Source: Silvanigrellaceae bacterium
GTDB taxonomy: Bacteria; Bdellovibrionota_B; Oligoflexia; Silvanigrellales; Silvanigrellaceae
Assembly (NCBI GenBank): GCA_049423385.1
Contig: JBMSQQ010000091.1
Location: 1-13,650 of the forward strand
Length of the DNA: 13,650 bases
Direction: 5' to 3'
Below, piece after piece: positions 7,292-13,650 of this stretch. Position 1 is the stretch's first letter. Each line of letters opens with the position of its first letter. Below the pieces are notes generated by a model. The model saw only the letters and a program-made list of their open reading frames with translations, was not told where the DNA came from and did not search any database. The position numbers and the translations under genes are program-made.

Positions 7292-8965
7292 ATGAAAAAT
7301 TCTCTTCGCCTGTCATTCGTGCTGAGCGCGATTGGCTTTGGATTTTTGTCCATCAACGCGACCAACCCGCAATCCGGCTTGACTGGATCGGTTGCCATGG
7401 CAGCGCAGGCCGACCGGACAGGTACGTTCATAGAAAGCGTCTCGGCCAATCCCACAAGTCTTTTTCCGCTGACGAACAACGATGGCGAAGCTGCTGCCGT
7501 TCAAGACATGTTCTTTGAAACACTGCTCGACAGGCATTGGGACTCGTACGATTGGATGCCGAGCCTCGCTTCGAAATGGGAAATTTCAAAAGACGGAAAG
7601 CAGTTCACATTCACACTCGACAAAAAAGCGAAGTTTTCGGACGGCTCACCCGTCACCGCGGACGACGTCAAGTTCAGTTACGACATTATCTTCATGAAGG
7701 GTGTCATGTGCGCGCACCTTCGCCCGTATTACTCTGCAATCAAAAAAGTTGAAGTCCTTGGAGCAGACAAAGTCCGCTTCACAGCGGGAGAAGTATATTA
7801 CAAAAACTTCGATGTGGTGGCGACACTGACGGTATTTCCGAAAAAGCACTACATGAAGCTCTACGAGAAGGACAACTCGATGACCAAGGCGGAAGTCACC
7901 AAAGACCCGCTGGGTTCGGGACCTTGGTTGATCGACAAATGGGATGGCAACCAACAGATCTCCTTCAAGCGCAATCCGAATTACTGGAACAAGGACGAGC
8001 TCATCAAGCAGGGGCGCTGGAATTACGACCGCTACATCTACAAAGTGGTGCAGGAAGAGCCGGTTGAATTCGAAATGTTCCGCAAGGGCGATCTCACATT
8101 CAAAGGTTTGATTCCCAAACAGTGGGCAAAGCAAACAAGTGGCCCCGAATTCAAGAACAAACTGGTGCGAGTGAAGGCTGTCAACAAGTCACCCACGGGC
8201 TATGGCTATATCGGCTGGAACATGAAAAATCCGATCCTTGCAAACAAAGACGTGCGATGGGCACTTTCGCACATTGCGGATCTCAAGACCTGGATCGGCA
8301 AGATTGAATACGACATGCAGGAACCAACAGTGGGCCCATACAGCGTCAAGAGCGAACAACACGATCCGACTTTGAAAGCCGTGGAATTCGACCTCAAAAA
8401 AGCCCGTGAGCGTCTGACAGCTGCGGGTTGGACAAAGGCAGGCAAAGGCGGGATCCTCGAAAAAGACGGACAGCGCCTCGAGCTGACCATCATCTATCCC
8501 CAGCAGTCCAAAGAAACCACAGAGCCCAAACTGGTCGACTTCAAACAAAAGGCCGCAAAGGTTGGAGTCTCCATCAATCTCAAGGCAATCGACTGGACCA
8601 CGTTCACCAAACTGCTTGATGATCGCAAATTCGATGGTGCCGCACTGGGTTGGAGTCGCGATCATGATGGCGACCTCAAGCAGATTTGGCATACCGATTC
8701 CATCAACAACAAGGGCAGCAACTTCATCAGCTATTCGAACAAGGAAGTCGACAAGCTGATCGATCAGCACCGTGCAACGCTGGACAAAAACAAGCGCAAT
8801 GAATTCGCAAGAAAATTGCAGCGGTTGATTTATGAAGATCAGCCTTACACTTTCATGACCGAACGTCTTTATTCTCTTTATGCACACCAAATGTATGTGA
8901 AAAAAGAAAAGGACACCTACAATTACACAATCGGTCGCGCATTCTGGCAGATAACAAACCAATAA
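7292..8965 (+). CDS. Peptide/oligopeptide ABC transporter substrate-binding protein (family 5)
   Basis: PSLASKWEISKDGKQFTFTL..AKFSDGSPVTADDVKFS (SBP_bac_5 signature), PLGSGPW, RNPNYW, KDVRWALS, SNFISYSNKEVDKLI. Start reassigned to ATG 7292 (AAGGAG at 7279-7284, followed by a signal peptide); the track's 7094 start overlaps the divergent gene. Confidence 0.95.
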   Translation: MKNSLRLSFVLSAIGFGFLSINATNPQSGLTGSVAMAAQADRTGTFIESVSANPTSLFPLTNNDGEAAAVQDMFFETLLDRHWDSYDWMPSLASKWEISKDGKQFTFTLDKKAKFSDGSPVTADDVKFSYDIIFMKGVMCAHLRPYYSAIKKVEVLGADKVRFTAGEVYYKNFDVVATLTVFPKKHYMKLYEKDNSMTKAEVTKDPLGSGPWLIDKWDGNQQISFKRNPNYWNKDELIKQGRWNYDRYIYKVVQEEPVEFEMFRKGDLTFKGLIPKQWAKQTSGPEFKNKLVRVKAVNKSPTGYGYIGWNMKNPILANKDVRWALSHIADLKTWIGKIEYDMQEPTVGPYSVKSEQHDPTLKAVEFDLKKARERLTAAGWTKAGKGGILEKDGQRLELTIIYPQQSKETTEPKLVDFKQKAAKVGVSINLKAIDWTTFTKLLDDRKFDGAALGWSRDHDGDLKQIWHTDSINNKGSNFISYSNKEVDKLIDQHRATLDKNKRNEFARKLQRLIYEDQPYTFMTERLYSLYAHQMYVKKEKDTYNYTIGRAFWQITNQ

Positions 8966-9005
8966 GCCGGCATAGCCCGACCTTCCCGAAGAAGACCCGA
9001 ACGAC

Positions 9006-10070
9006 ATGAACTTTCCGAGCTACCTTTTACGCCGTCTGCTTTTGATGATTCCCACCTTCTTCGGGATCACCATCCTTTGTTTTGGTGTCTTCCAGATCGC
9101 TCCGGGAGGACCGGTCGAAAATTATCTCGCAAAAGTGAGGTTTGCAGGCGGTGCCGGCGGCGGAAAGGGCGGCGGTGAAAGCTCTCACGGAAGCAGCAGC
9201 GCTGCGAGCAAATCGGTGACAGACGAAGTCGTCGAAGAACTCAAAAAGCGCTACAATTTCGACAAGCCAATCTACATGCGCTACGCGCTTTGGCTCAAAG
9301 ACTTGGCTCAACTGGAATTCGGCTACTCTCACACCCAAGGCCAAAAAGTGCTCGACGTGATTGCGTCGAAACTTCCTGTGTCGATTATATTCGGAATGAC
9401 AAGCTTCTTTTTGACGTACCTTATTTGTATCCCGCTTGGAATACTCAAGGCGCTGCGCGACGGAACGCGCTTCGACGTTTTCAGCAGCGGCATGCTGTTC
9501 GTCCTGTACAGCGTTCCCGAGTTCATGCTCGGTATTCTGCTCATTCACTTTTTTGCGGGTGGACAATATTTTGAATGGTTCCCCATTCAAGGTCTTCATT
9601 CGCTGGACTGGGAAAGCTTCACATTTTGGGAAAAAACCAAAGACGTTGTGTGGCACATGATTCTTCCGCTGACCTGCTACATGATTGGAAACTTTACAAC
9701 CCTGACCATCCTGATGAAGAACTCGATCATTGAACAAATCAAGCAGGACTATGTTCGTTCCGCCTTGGCCCGTGGAGTGTCCCGACGCAAGGCGATTCTC
9801 AAGCACGCCTTGCGCAATGCCATTTTGCCGATTTCCACAGGCTTCGGTGGCATAATTCTCGCATTCTTTGGCGGCAGTCTCCTGATTGAAAAGATCTTCA
9901 ACCTCGATGGAATTGGAAAACTCCTCTATCAATCGACGATTGAACGGGACTACCCGGTGGTCATGGCCGAAATTGCAATCGTTGCCGTCCTTGGACAAGT
10001 GGCATTGCTCCTTTCGGACGTCCTCTACCGCCTCATTGACCCCCGTATCGATTTTTCATCCAAGGATTAG
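9006..10070 (+). CDS. Peptide ABC transporter permease, OppB/YejB-like
   Basis: YLLRRLLLMIPT, APGGPVE, FDKP..RY..WL, EAA-type loop DYVRSALARG..KHALRNA, GSLLIEKIFNLDGIG, RDYPVV, DPRIDF. Confidence 0.95.
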   Translation: MNFPSYLLRRLLLMIPTFFGITILCFGVFQIAPGGPVENYLAKVRFAGGAGGGKGGGESSHGSSSAASKSVTDEVVEELKKRYNFDKPIYMRYALWLKDLAQLEFGYSHTQGQKVLDVIASKLPVSIIFGMTSFFLTYLICIPLGILKALRDGTRFDVFSSGMLFVLYSVPEFMLGILLIHFFAGGQYFEWFPIQGLHSLDWESFTFWEKTKDVVWHMILPLTCYMIGNFTTLTILMKNSIIEQIKQDYVRSALARGVSRRKAILKHALRNAILPISTGFGGIILAFFGGSLLIEKIFNLDGIGKLLYQSTIERDYPVVMAEIAIVAVLGQVALLLSDVLYRLIDPRIDFSSKD

Positions 10071-10082
10071 GTCTGTAACGCA

Positions 10083-11078
10083 ATGTCACCTGATTTTAAA
10101 AGACGAATTCAGCACTTCAAAAACTCCAAGCGGGCCATGGTCTCACTGGTCATCATTTTGCTCATGCTGGTTGCCAGCCTCTCCGCGGAATTGATCACCA
10201 ACTCGAGCCCCATCGTGGCCAAGCTGAATGGTCAAATCATCGTTCCAGCCTATGTTCAGTATGAGCGTGAACAATTGGGCCAGGAGGGCGCAGGGGTCGT
10301 AGACTTTCGCGAGTTGAAGGACCAATTCGAGTGGGCGATCTGGCCACCCTTAAAATGGGATCCATTTGAAATCGACGGTGATCAGGCAGAGTACCTGACC
10401 TCTCCCAGTGGACTCCATCTGATGGGAACAGACAGTGCAGGGCGTGATGTATTTGCCCGACTACTTTACGGCACGAGAATTTCTTTTTTGTTTGGCATTG
10501 CCTACTGGCTCATCACCTATGCAGTTGGAATTGTCATTGGCTTGTTCACCGGATTCATGGGTGGCAACATCGACCTTTATGGTCAACGACTCATCGAAAT
10601 CTTTCAGTCGACCCCACACTTTCCCCTGTTGTTGTTCATCGTGTCGGTGATGACACCCAGTCCTGCACTGCTGGCTCTCTTCCTGTGCCTTTTTGGATGG
10701 ACGGGAATCGCCCAATACATGCGGGTGGAAGCACTCCGGAACAGAAATCTCACATTCACGGAAGCTGCTGTGTCTTTGGGTGCTGGCAGGTCGAGACTGC
10801 TCTTCACCCACATCCTGCCCAACAGCCTCGTCCCGATCATCACCTTTTCTCCAATGGCCGTTATTTCAGGTATTTATTCGCTGGCGTCACTCGATCTTCT
10901 GGGATTCGGGGTACCTCCACCAACCCCAAGTTGGGGCGAATTGCTCGACCAGGCCAGGTCCAACTACCAGGTCGCCTGGTGGCTGGCTGTTTTTCCAAGC
11001 TTTTTTCTGTTCACGACTATTATCTGCCTGAATTTTGTGGGTGAGTCTGTCCGCAAGGCATTCGATCCGCGCGCCTAA
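10083..11078 (+). CDS. Peptide ABC transporter permease, OppC/YejE-like
   Basis: HLMGTDSAGRDVFARLLYGTRIS, EAA loop FTEAAVSLGA..HILPN, GFGVPPPTPSWGELL, GESVRKAFDPR. The N-terminal SLSAELI-N..P segment resembles YejE. Confidence 0.95.
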   Translation: MSPDFKRRIQHFKNSKRAMVSLVIILLMLVASLSAELITNSSPIVAKLNGQIIVPAYVQYEREQLGQEGAGVVDFRELKDQFEWAIWPPLKWDPFEIDGDQAEYLTSPSGLHLMGTDSAGRDVFARLLYGTRISFLFGIAYWLITYAVGIVIGLFTGFMGGNIDLYGQRLIEIFQSTPHFPLLLFIVSVMTPSPALLALFLCLFGWTGIAQYMRVEALRNRNLTFTEAAVSLGAGRSRLLFTHILPNSLVPIITFSPMAVISGIYSLASLDLLGFGVPPPTPSWGELLDQARSNYQVAWWLAVFPSFFLFTTIICLNFVGESVRKAFDPRA

Positions 11079-11253
11079 CCAGCCTGATTTGCGTGCTTTT
11101 ATTTTTACAAAAAAAACTGGCCAGTCGGCTTGCGTCGCGTCGCCCCATTTTGTAGGGTGCGCGATGTACAAGAAATCTACCGTTCGCGAAGTTCAGGTCT
11201 TCTACGCCCACGATGGGCCCATGTTTACCCTCTTCACGATGAAAGGGACCACA

Positions 11254-12417
11254 ATGAAACGCGGCCAAACACTCCCCTCTTTCTCGAGCGCTACGCTTCT
11301 CATTGCGGCCACTGCCCTTGTGACTGCTTGTGGAACCGGCACCAGCGACAGAGCTGTCCGCAAGCTTCAGGGACCGAACGGAAGCATCACCTACGTTTCC
11401 TCCTACAACAGTCCAAACGTGATCGAAAAAATCATCGGCAGCAACGAACTGACTCCGGTGCTGGAAGATGGCGCGAACATTCCTGCCAAGTACCGCCCTT
11501 TGATTGATGCCTTCGGAAAAATCTCGATGGGCTGCACGGCAACACATATCGGCAACGGCTTGGTGATCACCGCCGGACACTGTTTTGAAGCCCCTGAAAA
11601 GCGCATCAACAACAAACCCTGCGACAAGGTCACGGTTGATTGGGGATACCGCAAGGACAAAGCTCCTTACTTGAAGTCCAAATGTACGATGATTCTTGCA
11701 GCCGAACTCAACGACTCTCGCGACTACGCCATTTTCCGTGTCGACGTTGCGCCGACCGCGAAAGTCGACGTGGACCTGTCGGCAAAACCCAAATTTGGAT
11801 CAAGCATCACCATTTTTGGTCACCCGCAACTGCGTCCACTCGAGTGGTCGCAAACATGCACTGTCGAGAACACCTCGAATGGCGGATGGGGCGAGGATGA
11901 GTTCAGCCACCAATGCGACACTGAACCAGGCAACAGTGGAAGCACAATCATCGATGACACGACCCTGAAGGTTATCGGTATTCATGACGGTGGCCGGGTT
12001 CCATGGAACTACGGAACCTTCATCCTGAACACACCAATTCTGGAGTTCGTGGGAGGCGGTTCGACACCAACCAACCCAAATCCCGCACCCGCTCCAGTAC
12101 CGCCCACTCAGCCAGGCGACTCGGTCAGAAATCTTCCGAGCCGCTCCTATGGACCGTTTCTGAACAACGACTCACGAACGCTCGCAGAGTTTGGAACAGA
12201 ACTGGGACGTCAAATCACCTTCACGCTCGACATCAACACAGAACCAAACGCCGACTACGTGCGCGTGATTGATGGCGAAGGCAAGGGAATGGTTTTGTCG
12301 GGGCGGCAATCACGAGTTTTCACAAAGATTGCCCTGCCAGTAAAAATCAAATTCGAATCTGACGACAGCATCAAGTCAAAACGGGTTTCCATCCAGAAAG
12401 TCGTTGCATTCAACTGA
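11254..12417 (+). CDS. Lipoprotein trypsin-fold (S1) serine protease with Pro-rich linker and CUB-like C-terminal domain
   Basis: Start reassigned to ATG 11254 (AAGGGA at 11243-11248). Lipobox VTAC. Catalytic triad motifs TAGHC, DYAI and DTEPGNSGS, plus GIH. Linker TPTNPNPAPAPVPPTQP. The C-terminal domain has NTE..ADYVRVIDG and IKFESDDS. Confidence 0.92.
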   Translation: MKRGQTLPSFSSATLLIAATALVTACGTGTSDRAVRKLQGPNGSITYVSSYNSPNVIEKIIGSNELTPVLEDGANIPAKYRPLIDAFGKISMGCTATHIGNGLVITAGHCFEAPEKRINNKPCDKVTVDWGYRKDKAPYLKSKCTMILAAELNDSRDYAIFRVDVAPTAKVDVDLSAKPKFGSSITIFGHPQLRPLEWSQTCTVENTSNGGWGEDEFSHQCDTEPGNSGSTIIDDTTLKVIGIHDGGRVPWNYGTFILNTPILEFVGGGSTPTNPNPAPAPVPPTQPGDSVRNLPSRSYGPFLNNDSRTLAEFGTELGRQITFTLDINTEPNADYVRVIDGEGKGMVLSGRQSRVFTKIALPVKIKFESDDSIKSKRVSIQKVVAFN

Positions 12418-12463
12418 TTCAAGAACCCGCGGGCGTCGGACTCGACTCCCGCGAGCCCTCCTC

Positions 12464-12500
12464 ACCGCATTGCGCCCCGCGCTTTGCGGTTTTTTTTCTT
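12464..12500 (+). terminator. Rho-independent terminator after the protease gene
   Basis: ACCGCA-tt-GCGC, loop CCC, GCGC-tt-TGCGGT (12464-12490), followed directly by TTTTTTTCTT. Confidence 0.7.
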
Positions 12501-12544
12501 TGCTGTCATGATGGCCCGACTTCACGCAAGGAGGCGTTTTTTCC

Positions 12545-12988
12545 ATGTATCTCTATCAGTGGTACATCATTGTCGGTGCCGTCCTCATCATCCTCGAGAT
12601 TTTCGCCCCTGGATTCGTTTTACTGCCCATAGGTGTGGCGGGTCTCCTCACAGCGGTGGTCGCTTACTTCAGGCCCGAACTTTGGCTGCATGCCGTGTTC
12701 TTCATCTGCGGCAGTGGACTCGCACTGATCGCCATCAGCAAATATCGTGAAACCTTGAATCAAAAGGCAACCGTCGAGAATGTTGGCCCCGTTGGCCAAA
12801 TCGGAATTGTGGTTGCAGGCGAATCAACAGATGCAGCGATCAAGGTCAAGGTCTTTGGTGACACCTGGGATGTTCTTGAATCCTGCGTCCCGCCGGAAAA
12901 AAGAGGACTTTATTCTGCAGGAACTCGAGTCAAAGTGACTTCAATTTCAGGCAACAAGATTGCTGTGGAAAAAATTCAGGAGGGATGA
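12545..12988 (+). CDS. NfeD-family membrane protein (short NfeD1b/YbbJ type, C-terminal OB fold)
   Basis: W.I.G..L.ILEIFAPGF-type hydrophobic N-terminus, VGQIGIVV, VKVFGDTW, GTRVKV..ISGNKIAVE. RBS AAGGAGG at 12528-12534. It lies directly upstream of an SPFH gene. Confidence 0.9.
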   Translation: MYLYQWYIIVGAVLIILEIFAPGFVLLPIGVAGLLTAVVAYFRPELWLHAVFFICGSGLALIAISKYRETLNQKATVENVGPVGQIGIVVAGESTDAAIKVKVFGDTWDVLESCVPPEKRGLYSAGTRVKVTSISGNKIAVEKIQEG

Positions 12989-12990
12989 AA

Positions 12991-13650
12991 ATGGAGTTTT
13001 TTGGGCTTTTCCTCGTTGCAGTCTCGGTGATTGTATTGTTTGCGATTGCCAAGAGTATTTATGTGATTCGCCAACAGGAATGCATCATCATCGAAAGGCT
13101 CGGGCGTTTTCACGCCGTGTTGGGTTCGGGTCCTCAATTGATTTTTCCCTTCATCGATCAACCCCGACAAATGCTTTGGATCCGCAACGGAATCATCGTT
13201 CCGCTGGATCGCATCGATCTGCGCGAGGTTGTGCTCGATATTCCCGAGCAACGCGTGATCACCAAGGACAATGTTGGCATCACAGTCGACGCGATCATTT
13301 ACACGCAGATCACCGACGTGCGCAGGGCGGCATATGAAATTCAATCCTTGCCATTGGCAATTGGTCAGCTCACACAAACAACTCTCCGCAATTTGATTGG
13401 TGAACTGGAACTCGACCACACACTCTCAAGCCGTGATGCCATCAACACTCGTCTCAAGTCGATTTTGGACGAAACTGCCGACAAGTGGGGGCTCAAGGTC
13501 AACCGTGTGGAACTGAGAAACATCACACCACCGCTTGAAGTTCAGCAGGCAATGGAAAAGCAGATGCAGGCAGAGCGTGAAAGACGGGCACAAGTCCTGT
13601 CTGCCGAAGGTTCAAAGCAAAGCCGCATCCTTGAGGCCGAGGGCGAAAAG
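12991..13650 (+). CDS. SPFH/band-7 (stomatin/QmcA-like) membrane protein; 3' end runs off the right edge
   Basis: Not in the ORF track. Manual translation: MEFFGLFLVAVSVIVLFAIAKSIYVIRQQECIIIERLGRF...PFID...IDLRE..LDIPEQRVITKDNV..TVDA...QTTLRNLIGELELDHTLSSRDAIN..L...DKWGLKVNRVELRNITPP..VQQAMEKQMQAERERRA...AEG. RBS AGGAGG at 12978-12983; an in-frame ATG at 12985 overlapping the nfeD stop is an alternative start. Confidence 0.95.
   Translation, partial: MEFFGLFLVAVSVIVLFAIAKSIYVIRQQECIIIERLGRFHAVLGSGPQLIFPFIDQPRQMLWIRNGIIVPLDRIDLREVVLDIPEQRVITKDNVGITVDAIIYTQITDVRRAAYEIQSLPLAIGQLTQTTLRNLIGELELDHTLSSRDAINTRLKSILDETADKWGLKVNRVELRNITPPLEVQQAMEKQMQAERERRAQVLSAEGSKQSRILEAEGEK

Noticed and set aside
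9147..9215. Gly/Ser-rich insert in the permease (GGAGGGKGGGESSHGSSSAASKS)
   Set aside because: A variable low-complexity loop at this position is usual in YejB-like permeases; it is not a DNA repeat element.
8189..9998. Minus-strand ORFs of 272 and 323 aa
   Set aside because: Antisense shadows of the ABC binding-protein and permease genes.
11118..11133. Sigma54-like TGGC...TTGC
   Set aside because: The GG-to-GC spacing is 11 nt rather than the strictly required 10.
11035..11253. Track's N-terminal extension of the protease
   Set aside because: It overlaps the permease 3' end; ATG 11254 gives an RBS and a canonical lipoprotein signal.
12960..13419. Track ORFs 12960-13337 (+) and 12976-13419 (-)
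   Set aside because: Out-of-frame and antisense to the real SPFH gene starting at 12991.
1..13650. CRISPR array, IS element, prophage, tRNA or rRNA
   Set aside because: No spaced direct repeats, transposase or integrase motifs, or cloverleaf-like sequence seen; all intergenic gaps are under about 180 nt.

Overview
Gene-dense bacterial chromosomal window with no mobile element, CRISPR array, rRNA or tRNA visible. From left to right: (1) a tldD-family metalloprotease on the minus strand, truncated at the left edge and missing from the ORF track; (2) divergently, aspS, followed by an uncharacterised secreted beta-strand-rich protein with a long disordered tail that overlaps (ATGA) a diheme cytochrome c lipoprotein; (3) a convergent two-gene unit made of a conserved hypothetical protein and fumarylacetoacetase (fahA); (4) a peptide ABC importer (substrate-binding protein plus YejB/YejE-like permeases) with no ATPase gene; (5) a lipoprotein serine protease with a Pro-rich linker and a CUB-like C-terminal domain; (6) an NfeD/SPFH (YbbJ/QmcA-like) pair, the latter truncated at the right edge and also missing from the ORF track. 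The two best candidates for undescribed systems are the putative beta-barrel plus diheme cytochrome c pair (3050-4830) and the fahA-linked hypothetical protein, which could supply a missing step of homogentisate catabolism (6186-7154). All family calls are by motif recognition; no database searches were run.
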